A DNA stretch of 31,945 bases from Candidatus Krumholzibacteriia bacterium (GTDB taxonomy: Bacteria; Krumholzibacteriota; Krumholzibacteriia; LZORAL124-64-63), in contig JAZBOO010000369.1 in the NCBI GenBank assembly GCA_036351155.1, positions 1-31,945 of the forward strand, in the 5' to 3' direction. The translations under genes and the position numbers were made by a program. This document shows, one piece after another, positions 1 to 7,988 of the stretch (position 1 is its first letter; the number at the start of each line of letters is the position of its first letter). The notes under the pieces were generated by a model. The model was not told where the DNA came from. It did no database searches and saw only the letters and a program-made list of their open reading frames with translations.

Positions 1-204
1 ACTATCCTTGATCACGTTGTTGATCATGATGCCCGACTTGCCGTCGAGCTGCAGGGCCTTGGCCATGCTGGGGCTGATTTCCTGGAGCATGACGCCCAGG
101 TAGCCGGAGGAGTGGTTGTCCGCCAGGGCCAGGGGGGCCGACAGCAGAAAGACCAGACCCACGAGGGTCAGCGCGGTGCGTTTGGCAGCCGAAAACGCAG
201 GCAT
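1..204 (-). CDS. Secreted PDZ-domain protein (5' part only; runs off the window)
   Basis: Not in the ORF track. Hand translation from ATG at 204 (AAAGGA upstream): MPAFSAAKRTALTLVGLVFLLSAPLALA|DNHSSGYLGVMLQEISPSMAKALQLDGKSGIMINNVIKDS. Sec signal peptide followed by a GYLGV...G-hydrophobic-V pattern typical of HtrA-type PDZ domains, with no protease domain before it. Confidence 0.8.
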   Translation of the reverse strand, partial: MPAFSAAKRTALTLVGLVFLLSAPLALADNHSSGYLGVMLQEISPSMAKALQLDGKSGIMINNVIKDS

Positions 205-336
205 GGGGGTTCCTTTCGAAAATTGACAATGTAGGGGGATACATTGTGAGCCTGGATTGAAGGTCGGCGCTGAGCAAATGTTCCCGCTATTTTGACCAAT
301 GTTTTGCCATAAAGAAATACCATACATATAAATTTG

Positions 337-365
337 TTGAAAAATGCAGACAAATGTGATAAAAC
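337..365 (+). promoter_or_regulatory. Possible sigma70-type promoter TTGAAA-N17-TAAAAC with extended -10 TG
   Basis: TTGAAA 337-342, TG 357-358, TAAAAC 360-365, in the AT-rich divergent intergenic region; the -10 lacks the final T. Confidence 0.35.
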
Positions 366-371
366 GGCAAT

Positions 372-788
372 ATGAAAACGATCTCGCCCCCACCCCTGCG
401 TTTTCTGGCTTTGTGCACCCCTGCGGGATTGGTCCGCCTGGCGTTGCTCGTGCTGGTGGTTTCGTGTGCCCCCCAGGTTTCCCGCGCCGATGACATCGAT
501 CCGGTGACCCGGGAGGCCGTGGCCCAGGAACTCCAACTGGCCCACAACAGCCCTAACCCCTTCAATGCCAATACCACCATCAACTTCACCTTGCTGGCCG
601 ATGCCTGGGTGCGGGTTGATGTGTTCGACCTTCGCGGCCGCTACGTCACCACCCTGCTGGACGAGTTCCAGTCCGCGGGGGATCGGTTTGCCATCTGGAA
701 AACGGAAGTGGCTCCCTCGGGCACCTATTTTTTCCGGCTGAAAGTCGATGATTTGCAGGTATTCGGCAAAATGAGCCTGGTTAAGTAA
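372..788 (+). CDS. Small secreted protein consisting almost only of a T9SS type A/FlgD-like C-terminal sorting domain
   Basis: Hydrophobic N-terminus (LALLVLVVSCAPQVSRA), then LAHNSPNPFNANTTINFTL...VRVDVFDLRGRYV...SGTYFFRL...KMSLVK. Confidence 0.8.
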   Translation: MKTISPPPLRFLALCTPAGLVRLALLVLVVSCAPQVSRADDIDPVTREAVAQELQLAHNSPNPFNANTTINFTLLADAWVRVDVFDLRGRYVTTLLDEFQSAGDRFAIWKTEVAPSGTYFFRLKVDDLQVFGKMSLVK

Positions 789-884
789 TTCCTCAAAAAA
801 TCCCTCTAAACTTGGTTTCTTGTCGGACGATTATAGTCTCAAGGTACTAAATTTGATCTTTTGTATACACTTTGGAGCGATAGA

Positions 885-1295
885 ATGGCCCTGATTGACT
901 GGACCGAAGAATTCAGTGTAGATAAAGGACCCATCGACGAGCAGCACCAGCACCTGGTGGAAATCGTCAACAAGCTGGACGAAGCGCACCGGCGGGGCAA
1001 GGGGTCCCGCATCATGGGGGAAATACTCAATGACCTGATGGGCTACACCCAGGAGCATTTCGCTTTCGAGGAAAAGGTCATGGAGGAGGCGGGTTATTCC
1101 CAGCTCAAGGCCCACCAGAGTCAGCATCGCCAGCTCATCCAGAAACTGGAAAAAGTGCAGTATGATTACAGTGCCAGGGGATTGCGGGTCACCAAGGAAA
1201 TGCGCGAATTCCTCAAGTACTGGCTGACCCAGCACATCCTGAAAGATGACAAGGCCTTCATGACCAGCGTGAATGAACAGAAGGTCAATTCCTGA
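885..1295 (+). CDS. Bacteriohemerythrin (single-domain di-iron O2-binding protein)
   Basis: GGAG RBS before ATG 885. W...SV...IDEQH, HFxxEE, HxxxH and WLxxHIxxxD motifs supply all the canonical iron ligands. Confidence 0.95.
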   Translation: MALIDWTEEFSVDKGPIDEQHQHLVEIVNKLDEAHRRGKGSRIMGEILNDLMGYTQEHFAFEEKVMEEAGYSQLKAHQSQHRQLIQKLEKVQYDYSARGLRVTKEMREFLKYWLTQHILKDDKAFMTSVNEQKVNS

Positions 1296-1462
1296 CCTGA
1301 GCCCCGACGGGCACCCGAGTTGCAACTTCCCCGATGAAAATTCTCTGTGACGGCGGCTCCGGCTCCTCTGGCCGGGGCCGTGGACCCTTGTCATCGCATC
1401 ACTTGAGCGATGGTGTCATCAGGCCAGGGGCTGGCTTCAACCAGCCTGCCGGGGTGGAAAAC

Positions 1463-4400
1463 ATGTCACGTATGGCCACATTTTTTGCGCTTGTCCCTGT
1501 TGTTTTGGGCTTCTGGGCGATGGGCCCGGATCCTGCCCTGGGCCGGGATTGGCTGGTACCCCAGCAGGCCCCCACCATCCCGGCGGCCATGGACTCGAGC
1601 GTGACCGGGGATGTGGTGGTCCTCTCGCCGGGCATTTACGACGATTGTTCCCAGTACAGCGAAAACGTGTACCACATTGCGATTCTGGCTCCCGGCGTCA
1701 GTCTGCGCGGCAGCACGGGCGATCCAGCGGACGTGATTCTGGATGCGGGGTATGCCGGCCGATGTCTGGAAGTGCGCAACGGCAGTGGTGAGGTCACCAT
1801 CGAGGCGATCACCCTGCGCCGGGGCCGCGCGGTTTCTCCCTTCGGTAAAGGGGGGGCGGTGTTTTCCATCTTCAGCGACACCGTGTTCCGCTCCTGCGTG
1901 TTCGACAGCAACCAGGCGGATTTCGGGGGGGCAGCCATCTCGGCCAGCTACGGCTCCCTCACCGTGGAAGATTGCCTGTTCACCGACAACAGCACAACGG
2001 GCATCGGGGCGGCCGTGCAAGTCAGCCGGGCGCCCACCACCATCACCGGGAGCACCATCACCGGCTGCACCGGCACCGCGGTCCACTATGCCACCGATGC
2101 GCTCACCATGAGCAACACCATCATCCACGGGGGCGACAGCGCGTCTCTGTCCCGGAACACGACCACGGACCCGGACCCTGATCTGGACTGCTGCAACTTC
2201 CACGGCAATGAAGAGGACTACCCCGACTTCGTGGAGGTCCTGGAAGATGTGGACGGCAACTTTTCCCTGGATCCTCTGTTCTGCAACCCCATGTTCGGCG
2301 ACTACCAGCTGTACGCCATCAGTCCCTGCGCCGAGGCCAACACCGGCGATTGCGGACGCATCGGAGCCTACGAGGCCGCGTGTGGCTTCGGGTCCATCAC
2401 CCGCTTTGTCTTCCCCGACGGGACAGGTGATCATCCCACCATCCAGGAAGCCGTCAACGCCGCGGTGGCGGGCGACACCATCGCTCTGATCGATGGTGTC
2501 TACACCGGCCCGGGCAACCGGGACATTGACCTGCTGGGCAAGCAGGTGACCATCCGCGGGCACAGCGGTGACCCGGCCCTGGCGGTGATCGATTGCCAGG
2601 GAACGGTGGCCGAACCGCACCGGGCCTTCCTGTTCCAGAACGAGGAAACCCTGTTCACGGTGGTGCGAGACCTGACCATCACTGGAGGCGAGCAACCCGG
2701 CGACGGGGGCGCAATCTGGTGCTCGGGATCTCCGGTCATCGAAAACGTCGTGTTCAACCAGAATGGAGCCAACCGGGGAGGCGCCATGTTCGTGCATGGG
2801 GGCAATCCCCGGATCACCGACTGCGTGTTCACCGAAAACCGAGGCGATGCCCGCGCCGGCGGCATCGCGCTGATCGACTCCGAGGCCCGGGTGACCGACT
2901 GCGTGTTCACGGCCAACTGGGGTTACATCGGCAGTGCGGTGTTTCTGCCCGACTCCTCGCAGGTCATTGTCGAGGGATGCACCCTCACGGCCAACAACAG
3001 TTCCCTGGACAAGGACTGCCTGGGCGTGGACGGCAACTCCTCGCTCACCATCCGCAACTGCAACATCACCTTCAACAATCGGCGGGCGGTGCGGGATTAC
3101 GGGGACGGCAGCGTGTCGATCATCGGAAGCAACGTGTTCGGCAATGCCGAGGGCAACTACAATGGGCCCCTGGAGGGCAAGGAAGGGGAGAACGGAAACA
3201 TCTCGGCCGACCCCCTCTATTGCGACCCGGACAATCGTGACTTCACCATGCGGGCCGACTCGCCGTGTACGGAATACAGTGCACCGAACCTGACCCGGAT
3301 CGGTGTGTTCGGGGTGGGCTGCGACAGCCCGGCCATTTTTTCGGATCAGTCAGAAGTTCTGTCCCAGGCTCCCACCATGAGCGGGGGCGTCAGCGTGACC
3401 GACATGAACGGTGACGGACTGCTGGATTTCCTGGTGGCCAATGACGGCCAGGCCAACGAGGTGATGCTCGGCGATGGCGCCGGGGGATTCACGGTGCTGG
3501 ATGAGCCCTTGCTGAACTTGAATTCCTTGACCACGGTGACTGCCAGCTGGGGTGATTTCGACAACGACGGCGACCCCGATGTGTACCTGGGAAACACCGG
3601 TGTGGTCAACATTCTGGGAACCAACTCCGAGGGCTCCTTCCAGGTGGACTTCACCGGACAGGTGAGCGACACCGGTGGGGCCGGAGGTTCCAGCTGGGCC
3701 GATTTCAATGGTGATGGGAACCTGGACCTGTTCGTTGCCTCGCTGGACAGCACCAGTGTTCTTTTGCGGGGCGATGGGGCCGGCGGGTTCGAGGAGGTGG
3801 CCTCCGAGATCATCGCCGGAGTGTCGGGCGTGGTTTCCGCAGCCTGGGCCGACTACGACAATGACGGCGATCAGGATCTGTACCTGGTCCAGGATGGCCT
3901 GACCGCCAAGCTTCTGAAGAATGCCACGACCATGACCGATGCCACCGTGGCCCCCTTGAATCTGACCGGGGCCAAGGGTGCCGCCTCGTGGGGCGACCAC
4001 AACAACGATGGCCGGCTGGACCTGTTTCTGGCCCGGCATGATCTGGCCAACAAGCTTCTGCAGAATTCATCCAGTGGAACTTTCACCGGTGTCACCAAGG
4101 GGCCCACCGGCCATACCGGTCCGGGACGCGGGGGCATCTGGGGCGACTGGGACAACGATGGTGATCTGGACCTGTTCGTGACCAACTGCGGCGAAAAGGA
4201 CCAGCTGTTGCGCAACGAGGGTGGGGGGCGGTTCGTGGACGTGGCAGACGCCGTGTTTGCTCAGCCGGACAGCAGCACCGGAGCGGCGTGGGGCGATTTC
4301 GACGGCGATGGCGACCTGGACCTGGTGGTGGCCACCCGGTCGGGATCCACCCGCTACCTGCGCAACGATCTGGACAACGGCCACAACTGGCTGCGCGTGA

Positions 4401-4975
4401 AGCTGACCCGCCTCAACGGGCAGGCCGGCAGTCCGGGCGCACGGGCCAAGCTGGTGACGGACACCGATACGTTGCAGATTCGCGAGATGGGCACCGGCGG
4501 GGGCTGGCTTTCCTTCAACGAGCCGGTTTTGCACTTCGGCGTGGGGCAGGCCGACACCGTACGCAGCCTGCAAGTGAGCTGGCCCGGTGGGCAAACGCGG
4601 ATCGAAACGAACCTGCTGGTCAACCAGGTGCTGGCTTGGACCGAGCCCGAGCCCGACGACATTTCGGCTGCGCCCGATCCCGCCAATCTTCCGGAGTATC
4701 GCCTGACCCTGATGCCGGCCTACCCGAATCCCTTCAACCCGCGCACCACCTTGACCTTCACCCTGCCCCGGCGGCAGGAGGCCAGCCTGGACGTCTTTGA
4801 TGTGCGGGGCCGCAAGGTGGCCCGCTTGCTTCACGAGACCATGGAGCCGGGGCGGCACACCGTCACCTGGATGGGCACCGACCAGCAAGACCGTCCGGTG
4901 GCGGCAGGGGTGTACCTGGTGCGGCTCAGGGCGGGCCAGCAAACACGCACGCGGGGCATCACGCTGATCAAGTAA
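1463..4975 (+). CDS. Large secreted surface protein: 2x parallel beta-helix modules + 7 FG-GAP repeats + ASPIC/UnbV-like domain + T9SS/FlgD-like CTD
   Basis: Start moved to ATG 1463, where a signal peptide begins (MSRMATFFALVPVVLGFWA...ALG). Two PTI-x-x-A...GD...G-x-Y modules with GGA/FxxN repeats; seven D-x-(D/N)-x-DG-x-x-D repeats; NWLRVKL...GGGWLS...LHFGVG...V-x-WP-x-G; ends AYPNPFNP...GVYLVRL...ITLIK. Confidence 0.9.
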   Translation: MSRMATFFALVPVVLGFWAMGPDPALGRDWLVPQQAPTIPAAMDSSVTGDVVVLSPGIYDDCSQYSENVYHIAILAPGVSLRGSTGDPADVILDAGYAGRCLEVRNGSGEVTIEAITLRRGRAVSPFGKGGAVFSIFSDTVFRSCVFDSNQADFGGAAISASYGSLTVEDCLFTDNSTTGIGAAVQVSRAPTTITGSTITGCTGTAVHYATDALTMSNTIIHGGDSASLSRNTTTDPDPDLDCCNFHGNEEDYPDFVEVLEDVDGNFSLDPLFCNPMFGDYQLYAISPCAEANTGDCGRIGAYEAACGFGSITRFVFPDGTGDHPTIQEAVNAAVAGDTIALIDGVYTGPGNRDIDLLGKQVTIRGHSGDPALAVIDCQGTVAEPHRAFLFQNEETLFTVVRDLTITGGEQPGDGGAIWCSGSPVIENVVFNQNGANRGGAMFVHGGNPRITDCVFTENRGDARAGGIALIDSEARVTDCVFTANWGYIGSAVFLPDSSQVIVEGCTLTANNSSLDKDCLGVDGNSSLTIRNCNITFNNRRAVRDYGDGSVSIIGSNVFGNAEGNYNGPLEGKEGENGNISADPLYCDPDNRDFTMRADSPCTEYSAPNLTRIGVFGVGCDSPAIFSDQSEVLSQAPTMSGGVSVTDMNGDGLLDFLVANDGQANEVMLGDGAGGFTVLDEPLLNLNSLTTVTASWGDFDNDGDPDVYLGNTGVVNILGTNSEGSFQVDFTGQVSDTGGAGGSSWADFNGDGNLDLFVASLDSTSVLLRGDGAGGFEEVASEIIAGVSGVVSAAWADYDNDGDQDLYLVQDGLTAKLLKNATTMTDATVAPLNLTGAKGAASWGDHNNDGRLDLFLARHDLANKLLQNSSSGTFTGVTKGPTGHTGPGRGGIWGDWDNDGDLDLFVTNCGEKDQLLRNEGGGRFVDVADAVFAQPDSSTGAAWGDFDGDGDLDLVVATRSGSTRYLRNDLDNGHNWLRVKLTRLNGQAGSPGARAKLVTDTDTLQIREMGTGGGWLSFNEPVLHFGVGQADTVRSLQVSWPGGQTRIETNLLVNQVLAWTEPEPDDISAAPDPANLPEYRLTLMPAYPNPFNPRTTLTFTLPRRQEASLDVFDVRGRKVARLLHETMEPGRHTVTWMGTDQQDRPVAAGVYLVRLRAGQQTRTRGITLIK

Positions 4976-4987
4976 GGGATACCCCGG

Positions 4988-5821
4988 TTACAGGCGCACC
5001 TTGAATACGTCCTTCAAGGCCAGACCGGCCACCAGGGAAAAAATGATCAAGGCGATCAGCCAGCTGGTGCGGAAAAGCCCGTAGTCGAGCTCTCGCCTGG
5101 GGAGGGAAACCTGCACCGAGGCCACGGGGCTGTCCTGGGGCAGGGGTTCCTCGGCGGGGTTGAGCAACAGCCGGCCCAGGCTTTCCTTCTGCCGCACCTT
5201 GGCCAGCCGCGGGGTGCCGTCACCAACCACCAGGGTCTTGGCCAGGCGCGTTCCATCGGCCAGGGCCACGGTCAGGTTGTGGGTGCCGGGCTCTTCCGCC
5301 CGGACCCGCCAGCGCACCAGGTTGCCCTGGAGATCTCGCAAGGGGCGGGTTTCCACCAGGACTCCGGGGTCGGCTTCCAGTCGCAGCCCATCTTTTTGAT
5401 GGACCTGGTCCGTTTCAAGCTGCACCGTGACCAGGGCCGTTTCGCCGGGCACCAGGGGGCGGTGGCCATAGTGGGCATCCATCTGTGCCAGGATCAGCAC
5501 CATGGGCAAGGCGACCACCAGCAGGGCAGGCAGCGACCATCGCAGGTACTTCAGGTTGGCCACTGCCAGGTCGCGCTGGATCTTTCCCAGCACCGAAAGA
5601 TGATCCTGGTACAGGCCCATCTCGTAGATGCGCCCGGTCAGCACCTGACGCGCTGCCACCAGCTGATCCTGGTTGGTGGACCACTTGAACAGCAGCAGCA
5701 TGATGACCCCGGTCACCGCCGACAGAACAGCCACCGCCAGAGCCGCCGCATGGCCGAAGGGGGCGGACAGCAGGTCGCCCAGCGCGTTCAGAGCATTGGC
5801 GATGGCGGTCATGATGTTCAT
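4988..5821 (-). CDS. Membrane protein, 3 predicted TM segments with a cytoplasmic helical loop and an extracytoplasmic beta-sandwich insert; resembles the DUF106/EMC3/TMCO1 layout
   Basis: TM1 ALAVAVLSAVTGVIMLLLF, helical loop, TM2 LPALLVVALPMVLILA, ~150-aa beta-rich region, TM3 WLIALIIFSLVAGLALK. ATGA overlap with the upstream gene. The CDS is solid; the family call is tentative. Confidence 0.8.
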   Translation of the reverse strand: MNIMTAIANALNALGDLLSAPFGHAAALAVAVLSAVTGVIMLLLFKWSTNQDQLVAARQVLTGRIYEMGLYQDHLSVLGKIQRDLAVANLKYLRWSLPALLVVALPMVLILAQMDAHYGHRPLVPGETALVTVQLETDQVHQKDGLRLEADPGVLVETRPLRDLQGNLVRWRVRAEEPGTHNLTVALADGTRLAKTLVVGDGTPRLAKVRQKESLGRLLLNPAEEPLPQDSPVASVQVSLPRRELDYGLFRTSWLIALIIFSLVAGLALKDVFKVRL

Positions 5822-6015
5822 GAAATGTAGCCCAGGCCCTGCATGCGCTTCTTGATCTCTTCCTCGTCGGCGCCGCCTTCCTCGAACCTGGCGATTTCCT
5901 TTTCCAGAACGTGCTGCACGAATTCCTCGGGTGACGAGTAGCCGGCAATGGCCGCGTACTTCTTCACCTTGTCCAGCAGGTCCTTGTCGATCTTGATCTT
6001 GCTGCCACCGAACAC
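5818..6015 (-). CDS. 65-aa ribbon-helix-helix (CopG/Arc-like) protein with C-terminal EEIKKRMQGLGYI tail
   Basis: Strong RBS GAGGAGG before GTG at 6015 (alternative ATG at 6030 overlaps the upstream stop). MFGGSKIKIDKDLLDKVKKYAAIAGYSSPEEFVQHVLEKEI matches the strand-helix-G(Y)SS-helix RHH pattern. Stop overlaps the next ATG. Confidence 0.85.
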   Translation of the reverse strand: MFGGSKIKIDKDLLDKVKKYAAIAGYSSPEEFVQHVLEKEIARFEEGGADEEEIKKRMQGLGYIS

Positions 6016-6026
6016 GGCGGACCTCC

Positions 6027-7988
6027 TCATTTGGCGTAAAGATTGCGGCCGGTCATCTCCGGCGGGGCCTCCAGGCCGAAGAGGCCCAGAATGGTGGGCC
6101 CCATGTCCATCAGGGTGGGAGCAGGCTGGGTGAAGGGGCGGTTGGTCAGAACCACGCCAGGCACCACGTCGGCGGCCATGCAATGGTCTCCGCTCCACTT
6201 CAACATGTTATCCACGTACACCTGGGCCGGCACTTCGCCCAGGGCCGATTCGTTGCTGCCCCGCCAGCCGCTGTGGTAGCCCAGGATGATATCAGGCCCC
6301 CGGTCACGGTAAGCCCCGGAATAGACGAGGTCGCTCCGGTAGGCATACTTGATGGGGTGCTGGGAGGTTTCGGGGTCCACATCGGCCTCCAGTTCACGCA
6401 CCAGCTGAGCCAGCAGGTCCTGGGCCTCTTGACCGGGGTTGACGATGCCCCATTTTTCCCGCTCCCGCAGGTTCAGGTACAGGCCGTTGATGCCCACGGA
6501 ATAGGCCCGGGTTTCGGCCCAGTCGATCCCCGAAAGGAACTCCACATCGCCTGGTTCAAAGCCATCGCGCAGCTTCAGATAGCCGTGTTCCCGCAGCCAG
6601 GAGTTCACGTGAAGGCTGCGGCGGTAAGGTGCGAAACCGTGGTCGCTGACGATCATGATATGGGTTTCGGGTCCCAGGGTGTCCATGACCTTGCCCAGGG
6701 TGCCGTCCAGTTCCACATAGAGGTCGCGCACCCGGTGCCGGTGATGAGGATCGGCCTCGGCGTGGGTGGGTGAGTCCTCGTCGAAGGACCGCCAGAACAC
6801 GTGGCAACTCTGGTCGGGGGAGTTGAAGTAGAAGAACAGAAAGCCCTCATCCAGGCGTGCAAAGCGGTTCAGCTCATGAACGAACTGGGCTTGACGCTCC
6901 CACAGGATCTGGTCGCTCTGGCTGGCATACTGGGCATCGCTCAGCACTCCGGCTTCCAGGGCGGCGGAATCCTCGGGCAACCCCTGGGTGAAGAACAGGC
7001 CCACGTCCTCGGCCAGTTCCCTGGAATAATCCTCGGGGGTGCTGATGGGCATTTCCGGGTGTACGGGATGGATCTGCACCGGCGTGACGTAAAGGCGGAA
7101 ATGCGGCGAGGTTTCCAGCAGGTAAAAGCGGCAGATTCCCGCCACATCCTTGAGCACCGGCACCATGGAGAAGCGCAGGTCCACCCAGTCACTCCACTCG
7201 CCTTCCTGGAGCAGGAACTCGTCGTCTTCCACCTGAAAAAAAGCGGTGCGGTTCTCCTTGTCCACGGTGATGGTCACCGGAATCTCGGCCTGGGATTCAT
7301 CCACCAGGTAAGAGTTGATGGGACCCTCGATGGTGGTTTCGATCCGGCCATTGCGCACGATCACCGGGTCCACACTGCCGCCATCGACCACGGTGCTGAC
7401 GTTGGGATCGTCGGTGATGTACCGAAAAATGCCGTAGGTCCCCAGGATGTCGGGCGTGCCCATGCCGGACAGGGTGCGGGCCTCGCAGTCGACCGGGGGA
7501 AAGTTGGCCGGCACCTTGAACACGGTCACGTCGTGGCCGGCATCGTCGAGGGCTTGCCAGAAGGCGGGACCCTCGCGCAGGTTTTCGATGGAACCGCCGC
7601 CCCGAGGAATCTTCCACTTGCCCACCTTGAAGTGGGCGCCGGGGGCCTGGGCGCTGCTGGTCGACAGGAAGGGCAGCATGGTCCTGGGGTCGCGGTGGAT
7701 GAAGTCGAAAATGCCGTGTCCACCGGGATCGGTGCCCGAGGTGAATGAAGACCAGGCCACCGGCGATTGCGGGGGTATGGTGGTGCCCAGGGGCTGGAAC
7801 TGGGCGCCCTGTTCCAGGAAGCGTGTGAAGCTGGGCATCAACCCCTCGTCCATGAATTCCTGGAGGAGCTTGGGGTCCATGCCGTCGAAACCCAGCACCA
7901 GGACCTTGGGCCCGGCGGCGAGTCCGGCGCCGCACCAGCTCAGAACCAGGGTCAACAAAACGGCCGAAAAAACAGATCGGGCGCTCAT
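6027..7988 (-). CDS. Alkaline phosphatase superfamily / type I phosphodiesterase-nucleotide pyrophosphatase protein, with signal peptide
   Basis: Start at ATG 7988 (ATGA overlap with the upstream paralog). VLVLGFDG, TTIPPQSPVAWSSFTSG, DxxxH (DQSCH), VSDHGF, WSGDH metal/nucleophile motifs. Confidence 0.92.
   Translation of the reverse strand: MSARSVFSAVLLTLVLSWCGAGLAAGPKVLVLGFDGMDPKLLQEFMDEGLMPSFTRFLEQGAQFQPLGTTIPPQSPVAWSSFTSGTDPGGHGIFDFIHRDPRTMLPFLSTSSAQAPGAHFKVGKWKIPRGGGSIENLREGPAFWQALDDAGHDVTVFKVPANFPPVDCEARTLSGMGTPDILGTYGIFRYITDDPNVSTVVDGGSVDPVIVRNGRIETTIEGPINSYLVDESQAEIPVTITVDKENRTAFFQVEDDEFLLQEGEWSDWVDLRFSMVPVLKDVAGICRFYLLETSPHFRLYVTPVQIHPVHPEMPISTPEDYSRELAEDVGLFFTQGLPEDSAALEAGVLSDAQYASQSDQILWERQAQFVHELNRFARLDEGFLFFYFNSPDQSCHVFWRSFDEDSPTHAEADPHHRHRVRDLYVELDGTLGKVMDTLGPETHIMIVSDHGFAPYRRSLHVNSWLREHGYLKLRDGFEPGDVEFLSGIDWAETRAYSVGINGLYLNLREREKWGIVNPGQEAQDLLAQLVRELEADVDPETSQHPIKYAYRSDLVYSGAYRDRGPDIILGYHSGWRGSNESALGEVPAQVYVDNMLKWSGDHCMAADVVPGVVLTNRPFTQPAPTLMDMGPTILGLFGLEAPPEMTGRNLYAK

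Noticed and set aside
853..866. FNR-like TTGAT half-site upstream of hemerythrin
   Set aside because: The second half reads TGTAT rather than ATCAA; too weak.
1354..1412. GC-rich hairpins between hemerythrin and the large surface-protein gene (possible riboswitch or terminator)
   Set aside because: No U-tract and no recognisable riboswitch consensus; such stems are common at this GC content.
3390..4370. Periodic DNA similarity that might suggest a repeat array or CRISPR
   Set aside because: Explained by in-frame FG-GAP protein repeats; no identical repeats with unique spacers.
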